This document shows positions 1 through 7,768 of a DNA stretch of 26,556 bases, piece after piece. The stretch is from a virus (taxonomy: Duplodnaviria > Caudoviricetes), in the IMG/VR virus record IMGVR_UViG_3300017785_003578, positions 1 to 26,556 of that record. One strand, 5' to 3'. Below the pieces are notes generated by a model. The model made no database searches, was not told the origin of the DNA, and saw only the letters and a list, made by a program, of their open reading frames with translations. Position 1 is the first letter of the stretch, and every line of letters starts with the position of its first letter. Position numbers and translations under genes: made by a program.

Positions 1-1491
1 ACTCAACAAACTGCTGTTAATAATTTAGTAGTAGGTCTTAAAGCAGATGGACTTTGGACAAAGATGAAAGCTATATATCCTTTTGTAGGTGGTACTGCAT
101 CTAGTCATAAATTCAACCTTAAAGATCCTAGAGATACGAATGACGCGTTTAGATTAGTATTCTTTGGTGGTATTACTCATAACGCTAATGGAATGACATG
201 TAATGGAACAAATGGTTACGCTAATACACTTGTTAAATTAACAGATGGTGTATCTGCGCTAGGAATACCACGCGGTGCTAACCATTGGAGTTCATATAAT
301 AGAAGTATGCCAACTGCTCCATCAACTGGTGGTCAAACAGGAATGGCAGATGCCAATGATCCTAGTAAGTTCTTTGGATGGGGTGTAAGTTTAAGTCAGT
401 TTTATTTTGGAGGTCAAAATTATTTTGGTACTAGTATAGCTGCAGGAACTGGATTATTAATGTTATCTACTGAAAACTTTAGTAATACGGTATATACTTC
501 TTTGTATCTTAATGGTACATCATTGGGATCTGTAGGAAGTGGATTCAGTAATAATTGGAATTTAAACTCTCCTTATTTTTTCCTAGGTACATTAGGTATA
601 TCATCAGGAAGTCCTACATATAACAATACAAATTATGCATTTTTATCTTTAGGAGATACTATTAACACAGCAGGAGATATTACAAATTTCAACACAAGAG
701 TACAAGCCTTTCAATCAACATTAGGAAGATTAGCTTTAGATACAAATGCCCAAGCATTTGTTACTGCAGCAGGTATAACTAATACTACTCAAATGTTAGC
801 AATAGATAATTTAGTCAAAGGTCTTAAGGCAGATGGGCTATGGACTAAAATACAGGCACTTTATCCATTTGTTGGTGGTACTGCAAGCAGTCACAAGTTT
901 AATTTGAAAGATCCTAGAGATACAGATGATGCTTTAAGATTACAGTTTTTTGGAGGTTGGACTCATGACGCAAATGGTATTACAGGAAATGGAACTAATA
1001 CATATTCTAACACATTTGCTAGATATCAGGGAGGTAATAGTTATGGTTATACAATACTTAATGACAACAACCACTGGAGTACTTATCAAACAACAATAGG
1101 AACTGCTACTGGATATAATGGTTTACAAGAGGGAGGATTTCTGTTTGGCTTTACTACTGGGCTTAGTACTAAATATGTAGGTTTGCAAAATTTTGCAAAT
1201 ACAGGACTAACTGAATCAGTTGGTTTCTGGAATGGTACTGTTCAATCCCAATCATTTGGTGCTTTATATAAAAATGGAGCATCTGTATACACTATTTCTC
1301 AAGCATACGGTTCAAGTTCTTATAATCAATTTTATATTATAGGATCATCAATGTTTAATGGAAATATTATTCAATCAGTTAACGCAAGATTTGCACTTTC
1401 GTCTATTGGAATTGGGTTAACTTCAACAAATGCTGCTAATTTTAACACAAGAGTTCAAGCATTCCAAGCAGCATTAGGTAGACAAGTTTAA
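1..1491 (+). CDS. 5'-truncated tandem-domain protein (putative fibre/receptor-binding virion protein) with at least two ~260-aa repeats
   Basis: Frame 1 is open from base 1 (TQQTAVNNLVVGLKADGLWTK-M), so the ATG at 64 is internal. The block GLKADGLWTK.xAxYPFVGGTASSHKFNLKDPRDT recurs with a 786-nt period, and both units end in NFNTRVQAFQxxLGR. The composition is G/S/T/N/aromatic-rich, consistent with beta structure. Confidence 0.75.
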   Translation, partial: TQQTAVNNLVVGLKADGLWTKMKAIYPFVGGTASSHKFNLKDPRDTNDAFRLVFFGGITHNANGMTCNGTNGYANTLVKLTDGVSALGIPRGANHWSSYNRSMPTAPSTGGQTGMADANDPSKFFGWGVSLSQFYFGGQNYFGTSIAAGTGLLMLSTENFSNTVYTSLYLNGTSLGSVGSGFSNNWNLNSPYFFLGTLGISSGSPTYNNTNYAFLSLGDTINTAGDITNFNTRVQAFQSTLGRLALDTNAQAFVTAAGITNTTQMLAIDNLVKGLKADGLWTKIQALYPFVGGTASSHKFNLKDPRDTDDALRLQFFGGWTHDANGITGNGTNTYSNTFARYQGGNSYGYTILNDNNHWSTYQTTIGTATGYNGLQEGGFLFGFTTGLSTKYVGLQNFANTGLTESVGFWNGTVQSQSFGALYKNGASVYTISQAYGSSSYNQFYIIGSSMFNGNIIQSVNARFALSSIGIGLTSTNAANFNTRVQAFQAALGRQV

Positions 1492-1494
1492 TAA

Positions 1495-1518
1495 TAAATA
1501 AATAAATAAATAAATAAA
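1495..1518 (+). repeat. (TAAA)6 short tandem repeat in the translation initiation region of the next gene
   Basis: Six exact TAAA copies directly upstream of the ATG at 1521. Confidence 0.85.
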
Positions 1519-1520
1519 AC

Positions 1521-1826
1521 ATGGAAACAACAAACACAGGTATCTTAGTAGGATTGCTTACTGAAGAACAAAAAGAACAATTAGTAGGTCAACAGTATGC
1601 ACCTGATAGTTACTTCAATCCTATCCAAGATGATAATGACAATTGGATTATTTCGATGGAAGAGATAACAGCTTCTGATCTTTCTTGGATTAAAGAACTT
1701 ACTTTAATTGAGTATGTTGCAAAGAAACCTATTGAACCTAATCCGGCTCCTACAGAACTTAATACTGAAGATCAAGTAGCAGAAGTTATTGTTACAGAAC
1801 CAGATCCAGAAATATCTCCTGAATAA
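1521..1826 (+). CDS. Hypothetical acidic protein, possible partner/chaperone of the upstream fibre-like protein
   Basis: 101-aa ORF with an A-rich leader, a compact core (GLLTEEQKEQLVGQQYAPDSYFNPIQD..NWIIS) and a Pro/Glu-rich tail. Confidence 0.7.
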   Translation: METTNTGILVGLLTEEQKEQLVGQQYAPDSYFNPIQDDNDNWIISMEEITASDLSWIKELTLIEYVAKKPIEPNPAPTELNTEDQVAEVIVTEPDPEISPE

Positions 1827-1827
1827 G

Positions 1828-1858
1828 TTGCATAGTTTATTTATAATCACTATATTAT
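1828..1858 (+). promoter_or_regulatory. Putative promoter of the lysis cassette (TTG-N20-TATATTAT)
   Basis: TTG at 1828 and TATATTAT at 1851-1858 match the Bacteroidota -33/-7 geometry. The same spacing occurs at 19752-19782. Confidence 0.55.
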
Positions 1859-1862
1859 ATAC

Positions 1863-2351
1863 ATGAAATATCTGATATATTTATTTTTACTAGTATCTAT
1901 TAGTTCTTGTTCTCTTGAAAAAAGATTAGCTAAATATTGCCCATTGTGTACGCAAAGCGATAGTACTAAGACAGTTATAGAATATAGAGATAGCACTATA
2001 GAGATACCTGGTGAAACTTTATATATACAAGATACATTATATTGTGATTCTTTAGGCAATGTGTTATCTAAACTTAATGGAGTCATTAGAGATAAAGATG
2101 GCAAAATATTAAGTCTTCAAACTAAGCTTCAAAATAATATTTATACTTCTAAAGCAACAGTAGATCCAATCATCAAAGTAATAAAAGGGAATGATGTATA
2201 TCATACCAAAGTAGTTACTAAAACACTGAAACCAGAAAAAATTAAATATATCCCGTCATGGGTAATTTTTTTAGCATATGTGGGTGGCATTTGTTTGCTC
2301 ATTTTGCTTATCTATTTAGCATTTAAACTGATTTCAAGTAAAGTACTATGA
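1863..2351 (+). CDS. Lipoprotein with C-terminal transmembrane helix, putative unimolecular spanin
   Basis: Signal peptide II MKYLIYLFLLVSISS|C, a beta-rich middle, and C-terminal TM WVIFLAYVGGICLLILLIYLAF followed by basic residues. It is the first gene of the holin/endolysin cassette. Confidence 0.65.
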   Translation: MKYLIYLFLLVSISSCSLEKRLAKYCPLCTQSDSTKTVIEYRDSTIEIPGETLYIQDTLYCDSLGNVLSKLNGVIRDKDGKILSLQTKLQNNIYTSKATVDPIIKVIKGNDVYHTKVVTKTLKPEKIKYIPSWVIFLAYVGGICLLILLIYLAFKLISSKVL

Positions 2352-2845
2352 AAACCAAATTAACTCTCCTTATATTGTCTCTATTTTCATTTTTTGCTCC
2401 AATAGAAATGTGCGCAATTCTATTAATGACTATTATTTTTATAGATACAATTGTTAAATTAATTTCTTTAAAAAAGATTGCTTGTGTTGAAGGGCGAAAA
2501 TATAGAGATGTATTTAAATCAAAACTGTTAAGAAGAGGTTATATATTCAAAGCTGCGGGTTATTATATTTTTGCTGGAGCATTATTTCCATTAGACTATT
2601 ATGCACTTACTCCATTTACTAATGGAGTAATTAAAGCTTTAGGGCATTCATTTGCAGTTCCTACACAAGCGGTTTATACAAATTTTTTATTGTGTATATT
2701 TGCTATTATAGAGTTATCATCAATTAATGAAAACTGGTTTGACATTACAGGTAACAATATGCTTAAATCTGTATTTAGTACAGTTAAAAAAATCAGAGGT
2801 ACAATAGAAAAAGTATCAGATACTTACAAGAATATCAAAAATTGA
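2348..2845 (+). CDS. Putative holin
   Basis: Three to four hydrophobic segments, motifs IFIDTI and IIELSSINENW, and a basic C-tail. ATGA overlap with the upstream gene, and it lies directly before the endolysin. Confidence 0.7.
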   Translation: MKTKLTLLILSLFSFFAPIEMCAILLMTIIFIDTIVKLISLKKIACVEGRKYRDVFKSKLLRRGYIFKAAGYYIFAGALFPLDYYALTPFTNGVIKALGHSFAVPTQAVYTNFLLCIFAIIELSSINENWFDITGNNMLKSVFSTVKKIRGTIEKVSDTYKNIKN

Positions 2846-2848
2846 TAC

Positions 2849-3367
2849 ATGAGTTACAATTTTTTACAACAAGAAAAATCACCAAAAATTTTAATTGAAG
2901 CAGTAAAAATGCTTGGTACTAAAGAAGTAGTTGGTAAAGTACACAATCCTGTAATTTTAAATTGGGCTAAAGAACTTGGTCTAGATAAAGTTTATACTAA
3001 TGATGAAATTCCTTGGTGTGGATTAGCTATAGCTTATGCTGCACATAAAGCAGGATTAACTGTAGTAGATAAACCGTTGTGGGCTTTATCATGGGCTAAA
3101 TGGGGGGTTGCTGCTAAAGAACCAATGCTTGGAGATGTTCTTACTTTTAAAAGAGATGGCGGCGGTCATGTAGGGATTTACGTGGGAGAGGATAAAGATT
3201 GTTATCATGTACTTGGAGGAAACCAAGGAAATGCAATGAGTGTGAGTAGAATTTTAAAGTCTAGATTATATCAAGCAAGAAGAACTGATTGGAAAGTAGC
3301 TCAGCCTGCAAATGTACGTAAGGTGTTATTAAATGCTAAAGGTGCTATCAGTCAAAATGAAGCTTAG
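2849..3367 (+). CDS. Endolysin, TIGR02594-like CHAP/NlpC-P60 cysteine peptidase
   Basis: Catalytic-type motifs DEIPWCG, GGGHVGIY and VLGGNQ. Located downstream of the holin. Confidence 0.8.
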   Translation: MSYNFLQQEKSPKILIEAVKMLGTKEVVGKVHNPVILNWAKELGLDKVYTNDEIPWCGLAIAYAAHKAGLTVVDKPLWALSWAKWGVAAKEPMLGDVLTFKRDGGGHVGIYVGEDKDCYHVLGGNQGNAMSVSRILKSRLYQARRTDWKVAQPANVRKVLLNAKGAISQNEA

Positions 3368-3393
3368 TAAACATTACACTTAAATCATCTTTT

Positions 3394-4272
3394 ATGGAAC
3401 TTATAAAACATTCAAAAAATGTTCATGAATTATTACTTGAAGGAAAAAAGGTACAATTAGCTGTATTATCAGATTTGCACTGGGACAATCCAAAATGTGA
3501 TTGGAAACTACTTCAAAAAGATTTAGATTACTGTTTAGATAAAAAAATCCCCGTAATGGTTAATGGGGATTTTTTCTGTTTAATGCAAGGTAAAGGAGAT
3601 CGCAGAGGCAACAAGTCTGACATCCGACCAGAACACAACAACGCAAAGTATTTAGACAGTATTGTAGAAACTGCCGTAGAGTGGTTTTTACCGTATGCTC
3701 ACATTTTGACGGTAGTTGGATATGGTAATCATGAAACTGCAATTATTAAGTACCAAGAAACTGACATTCTTCAAAGATTTGTTGATCTTCTTAACTATAA
3801 AGCTGGAAGTAATGTTATGACCGGAGGATATGGTGGATGGTTAATCATTAGACAAGAAGTAAGACCAAAACTTTTAATGACTCATAAGATTAAATATTTT
3901 CACGGTTCAGGCGGTGGCGGTGTTGTAACCAAAGGTGCATTAAATCTTACTAGGGCTTTAGAAATGTATGAAGACTTTGATGTATTTGTAATGGGGCATA
4001 TTCATGAAAATTCTTCTAGAAATGATGTCAGAGATACAATAGTACATAAAGTACATAAAGGTTATGTTCTTTTACAGAAACATTTGCATTTGATGTTAAC
4101 TGGTACTTACAAAGAAGAGTATGGTTCGGGATCCCAAGGATGGCATGTTGAAAGAGGTGCACCTATAAAACCAACAGGTGGAAGAATATTAATTTTTGAT
4201 ACACGCAGAATATCTTCTAAAGAAGAAGATGTCACTGTGAAATCAATTGACAGCATTAAATTTCCTATTTAA
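3394..4272 (+). CDS. Calcineurin-like metallophosphoesterase
   Basis: Ordered motifs SDLHWD, NGDFF, GNHE, YFHG and MGHIHE. Confidence 0.85.
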   Translation: MELIKHSKNVHELLLEGKKVQLAVLSDLHWDNPKCDWKLLQKDLDYCLDKKIPVMVNGDFFCLMQGKGDRRGNKSDIRPEHNNAKYLDSIVETAVEWFLPYAHILTVVGYGNHETAIIKYQETDILQRFVDLLNYKAGSNVMTGGYGGWLIIRQEVRPKLLMTHKIKYFHGSGGGGVVTKGALNLTRALEMYEDFDVFVMGHIHENSSRNDVRDTIVHKVHKGYVLLQKHLHLMLTGTYKEEYGSGSQGWHVERGAPIKPTGGRILIFDTRRISSKEEDVTVKSIDSIKFPI

Positions 4273-4292
4273 TAACTATTAAAACAATAAAA

Positions 4293-4451
4293 ATGAAATT
4301 AAGAAACAACTGGAAAGTAACTAACAAGCAATTAGACAAGTTCATAATTAAAGTAAGATTATCATTTGTTGATTTGCTTTGGATAGAATTGGATTTTTCT
4401 AAAAAGTTTTATATGTTTACAATCTTTAACTTTACAATAAAGAATAAGTAA
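4293..4451 (+). CDS. Small hypothetical protein (52 aa), absent from the supplied ORF track
   Basis: Manual translation gives MKLRNNWKVTNKQLDKFIIKVRLSFVDLLWIELDFSKKFYMFTIFNFTIKNK. It has an A-rich leader, fills the intergenic gap, and its stop overlaps the next start (TAATG). Confidence 0.65.
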   Translation: MKLRNNWKVTNKQLDKFIIKVRLSFVDLLWIELDFSKKFYMFTIFNFTIKNK

Positions 4452-4744
4452 TGGCTAGAAATTCATTAGCTGGAAAATCTACAGGGACTAGCAAGTCAGC
4501 AAAATATTTTGCGGCTAACCCTGAAGCGCGTAAAAAAAAGAATGAATACAACAAAGAGTATCATTCAAGCCCTTCGCGCATTAAATATAGAGAACAGTTA
4601 AATCAAGCTAATAGAAAATCTGGAACTTATGGTAATAAAGATGGCAAAGATAAATCACATACTAAATCAGGTAAATTAGTAAGTGAAAAAGCTTCTACAA
4701 ACCGCGCTAGAAATGGCAAAGGGAACAACCTAAAAAGAAAATAG
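4451..4744 (+). CDS. Small basic protein with a degenerate HNH-like motif
   Basis: 97 aa and very K/R-rich. GNKDGKDKSHTK...STNRARNG resembles the DxxH...NR core of minimal phage HNH proteins but lacks the usual loop and Zn cysteines. Confidence 0.6.
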   Translation: MARNSLAGKSTGTSKSAKYFAANPEARKKKNEYNKEYHSSPSRIKYREQLNQANRKSGTYGNKDGKDKSHTKSGKLVSEKASTNRARNGKGNNLKRK

Positions 4745-4775
4745 CTCCCCCCTATGATGAGATAATCATAGGCCT

Positions 4776-4802
4776 AAGCCATCCATTAGGGTGGCTTTTT
4801 TT
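4776..4802 (+). terminator. Rho-independent terminator, preceded by a second hairpin at 4751-4772
   Basis: AAGCCATCC-ATTA-GGGTGGCTT followed by a T run. The upstream hairpin has a perfect stem, CCTATGAT-GAGATA-ATCATAGG. Confidence 0.8.
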
Positions 4803-4833
4803 ATTAAACATTAATTAGTTAAACATTTATTAT

Positions 4834-4841
4834 TATATTTG
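4834..4841 (+). promoter_or_regulatory. Bacteroidota sigma70-type -7 element (TATATTTG) of the packaging operon
   Basis: Exact TAnnTTTG match downstream of the terminator and 21 nt before the ATG at 4863. Confidence 0.65.
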
Positions 4842-4862
4842 ACACAATAAACATTAAATATT

Positions 4863-5120
4863 ATGTCAGAAAAAACCAACCAAGAAGAACGCGAGTATAC
4901 TCAAGAAGAGATACAAGCTATGCAACAAAAAACAATTGCATATTACAAGAGTCAAGAAAAAGTTCTTGCTGCTCAATGTACTGTTGAAGAGTACAAAGCG
5001 CGCATTAAAAAAGCACAGTTTGAAGCATTTGATTATTCAATGAGAATGATGCAAATTAATCAAGCTATGCAAGATGCAGCTGAAGAAGAAGAAAAAGAAG
5101 CTGAAACAAAAAAAGAGTAA
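4863..5120 (+). CDS. Hypothetical coiled-coil protein
   Basis: 85-aa E/Q/K/A-rich helical ORF, first gene after the promoter. Confidence 0.75.
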   Translation: MSEKTNQEEREYTQEEIQAMQQKTIAYYKSQEKVLAAQCTVEEYKARIKKAQFEAFDYSMRMMQINQAMQDAAEEEEKEAETKKE

Positions 5121-5122
5121 TC

Positions 5123-5506
5123 ATGGCAAAAGCGTTAGTTGTTAACAAGCAAGTGCCGCTATCTTTGATTGAAGTAATCAAGTTTCAAATAAACATGCAT
5201 TGCTTCATAAACAAGATTAGGTTAAGTCCGGCACAATTAGATTGTTTGTCTTTATTGGGGTTATACGGTGAAATGAATATGTCAGATTTTTGTAATGAAG
5301 TTATTTCTGAAGAAATATTTGGCAATGTTCAAACTACAAGAAACTTTATTACAAAGTGTGTAAAAGAAAATTTAGTAACTAGAAGTGGATTGGGAAACAA
5401 ACTTATTTCATTGAATAAGAATTTAGAGTTATTGACAGAAGGAACTATATTACTGAATTTAAAAGTATATCATCTTGAAACCGACCAAGGGCAAAGAGCT
5501 AATTAA
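5123..5506 (+). CDS. Putative winged helix-turn-helix DNA-binding protein
   Basis: The pattern LSPAQLDCLSLL...NVQTTRNFITKCVKENLVTRSG...ISLN resembles a MarR-like wHTH (helix-helix-recognition helix-wing). Judged by eye only. Confidence 0.5.
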   Translation: MAKALVVNKQVPLSLIEVIKFQINMHCFINKIRLSPAQLDCLSLLGLYGEMNMSDFCNEVISEEIFGNVQTTRNFITKCVKENLVTRSGLGNKLISLNKNLELLTEGTILLNLKVYHLETDQGQRAN

Positions 5507-5870
5507 AAAAACAGCTCAAGAATTAAATTTACCAGAAGAAATGGTAAGGGATGTTGTTGAGTTTTACTATTCTATAGTAACTAGAAAGATTGAAAATTTG
5601 GAAAATGCTACAATCTTTTTGCATGGTTTAGGTACTCTTAGATTAAGCAGAAGAAAGCTTGAAAAGAATATTGAAAAAATGCAAAAATTATTGGAGAGTA
5701 ATTCTCAAGAAGATTTTAAAAAAGTCATCAAGTTCAATCTTTCTAAGACACTACTAGATAGCAAAATTAAAGGATTAGAAATGTGTAATGAATACTATAA
5801 ACCATTATATGAAAAGCGTAATAAAAGTTTGGAAAGCAAAAGGGCAAATCCTGGAGGGGATCAAGAATAA
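5475..5870 (+). CDS. HU/IHF-like DNA-binding protein (TTG start)
   Basis: KELIKKTAQELNLPEEMVRDVVEFYYSIVTRKI...IFLHGLGTLRL matches the N-terminal helices and GxGxF-like strand of the HU/IHF fold, followed by a helical extension. Confidence 0.7.
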   Translation: MKPTKGKELIKKTAQELNLPEEMVRDVVEFYYSIVTRKIENLENATIFLHGLGTLRLSRRKLEKNIEKMQKLLESNSQEDFKKVIKFNLSKTLLDSKIKGLEMCNEYYKPLYEKRNKSLESKRANPGGDQE

Positions 5871-6132
5871 CATTTTCAAAAATGAACATGTTGAAGAAAT
5901 TGCCAAAGAAAGATGGGCTATCTGTGAACAGTGTCCATTAGTAGACAAAAAAGGAGATAAATGTTTAGTTCCCGGAACTGGACCGTGCTGTGGATCTTGT
6001 GGATGCAGTATGGGATTAAAACTAAGAGCGCTTGGTTCTGATTGTCCAGAAGGTAAATGGGATGCTGTTTTGTCTCATGAAGAAAGTTATTTATTACAAA
6101 AAAAATTAGAAGATGTCAAAGAATCCAAATAA
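5809..6132 (+). CDS. Cys-rich zinc-binding protein (DUF6171-like); alternative start at 5788
   Basis: Motif ERWAICEQCP...C...CCGSCGC...K.R.....CPEGKW. Confidence 0.7.
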   Translation: MKSVIKVWKAKGQILEGIKNNIFKNEHVEEIAKERWAICEQCPLVDKKGDKCLVPGTGPCCGSCGCSMGLKLRALGSDCPEGKWDAVLSHEESYLLQKKLEDVKESK

Positions 6133-6430
6133 TATAAGTGCTACACTTCCAGATGCTTATTCAGGTCACTTACATGTTAATTCTACAGGTAATGGATTTT
6201 TTAATCAACTAACAAATGGCAGTGTAAACACTTATGATGCATATAAAACTTTATCAATTCCTGCAGCTGAAAAAGAATATTTAGAAACTATTGCTCTTGC
6301 TGCAGATTTATTAGCAGGTCAAGTAATTTCACCGCAAGACTTTTTTAAACTTAAACTTTTACTTAAAAGTAAAGATGAAGAAGTAAGAAATACAGCGATC
6401 ATATTTTTAAACCAAAAGGCAAAACTATGA
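6113..6430 (+). CDS. Hypothetical protein
   Basis: 105-aa ORF overlapping both neighbours in an operon-like arrangement. Confidence 0.65.
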   Translation: MSKNPNNISATLPDAYSGHLHVNSTGNGFFNQLTNGSVNTYDAYKTLSIPAAEKEYLETIALAADLLAGQVISPQDFFKLKLLLKSKDEEVRNTAIIFLNQKAKL

Positions 6431-7266
6431 GTGTAAAATTTTATGCTGATGATCATCGGTACATTAGTATTGATGAGAGAGATCCTATTGATTGGATTAG
6501 TGTAACTAGGTTAATTCATTACTTTAAAGAACCCTTTGATACAATTAAAATGGCAGAGGCTTGTTCTAAAGGTAAAAATCCTAAGTACAACAAAATGAAA
6601 CCGCAAGAGATAATTGATTTGTGGGAGTCTGAAAATAAAAGAGCAGTTAGTTTAGGTTCATGGTATCATGATCAAAGAGAAAGAGATGTTCTTGCTTGTA
6701 ACACTATTACTCGTAAAGGAAAAGAGTTAACAATCATAAATCCATTAATGGATGGAATGGTTAAATTAGCACCAGATCAACAATTGGTTGAAGGTATTTA
6801 TCCTGAACACTTGGTGTATTTAAAATCTGCAGGTGTTTGTGGACAAGCAGATAGAATTGAGGTTGTAGATGATTTGATTGATGTCTATGATTACAAAACA
6901 AATAAAGAAATTAAACTTCAAGGATTTACAGATAGACTAGGAAAAAGTAAAAAATTACTTGGCCCACTTTCTCATTTAGACGAGTGTAATTATAATGAGT
7001 ATGCTTTGCAGTTAAGTACTTACATGTACATTATGTTAAAGCATAACTTTAATTTACAACCAGGTAAAATCCAACTAGATCACATTGAATTTGAAATTGA
7101 TCATTTAGATAAGAATGGTTATCCTGTTGTTGCTACAGATGCTATGGGTGATCCGCTAGTAAAAAGTGTAACCCCATATGAATTACCTTACATGAGGAAA
7201 GAGGTAATTGCAATGTTCAAGTATGTTCAAGAACACAGAGAAAAAATATTAAACCATGGCCATTAA
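6427..7266 (+). CDS. PD-(D/E)XK family nuclease (Cas4/RecB-like; commonly found upstream of TerL in crAss-like phages)
   Basis: Motifs SVTRLI, G..YH, CGQADRI, VYDYKTNK and YALQLSTY. Confidence 0.85.
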   Translation: MSVKFYADDHRYISIDERDPIDWISVTRLIHYFKEPFDTIKMAEACSKGKNPKYNKMKPQEIIDLWESENKRAVSLGSWYHDQRERDVLACNTITRKGKELTIINPLMDGMVKLAPDQQLVEGIYPEHLVYLKSAGVCGQADRIEVVDDLIDVYDYKTNKEIKLQGFTDRLGKSKKLLGPLSHLDECNYNEYALQLSTYMYIMLKHNFNLQPGKIQLDHIEFEIDHLDKNGYPVVATDAMGDPLVKSVTPYELPYMRKEVIAMFKYVQEHREKILNHGH

Positions 7267-7768
7267 GTTATTTGATGCAATAAATGGCAAAGTAGTTCCA
7301 ACGGAGCATTGTCACACGATTCCTTTTTTAAGAAGGATAATGGAAGAGTATCCGGATAATCACTTAGAAATTTATGCTTACTTATTTTATATGAGTTGCA
7401 GAAGTTCTGAGAATCCATATTTTAATAGGCCGCAAGATGAAGTTCAAGATGAAATTCTTTCTGACTTAAATCCTAACTTTGATCCGGAAGATAGACTTAT
7501 TAGAATAGCTTTGGATAGATGCAAAGACATGTATGAAACTCCAACTATTCGTGCATACAATGGTATTTCTAACATGTTAGAAAAATTAGCATTCTACATG
7601 GAGAATCAAACAATTACTGACGGTAGAGATGGAAATATTACAGCTATTGTAAGTGCAGCAAAAAACTTTGATGCTATCCGTAAATCATTTAAAGGAGTTG
7701 CTAAAGATCTTGAAGAAGAACAATCATCAAGAGCCAGAGGCGGACAAAAACTAAGTTACGATGATTAA
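7256..7768 (+). CDS. Conserved hypothetical protein, candidate terminase small subunit
   Basis: 170-aa helical protein overlapping the start of TerL. The function is inferred from position only. Confidence 0.5.
   Translation: MAIKLFDAINGKVVPTEHCHTIPFLRRIMEEYPDNHLEIYAYLFYMSCRSSENPYFNRPQDEVQDEILSDLNPNFDPEDRLIRIALDRCKDMYETPTIRAYNGISNMLEKLAFYMENQTITDGRDGNITAIVSAAKNFDAIRKSFKGVAKDLEEEQSSRARGGQKLSYDD

Noticed and set aside
64-66. ATG at 64 as the true start of the first gene
   Set aside because: The frame is open to base 1 and the upstream residues align with the second repeat unit.
1-1491. Diversity-generating retroelement TR/VR pair
   Set aside because: The repeats differ at synonymous positions of all bases rather than only at adenines, both copies are coding in the same frame, and no reverse transcriptase is present in the window.
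6427-7266. Cas4/CRISPR system
   Set aside because: The nuclease lacks the four-Cys Fe-S pattern of Cas4, and no repeat-spacer array or other cas genes were seen.
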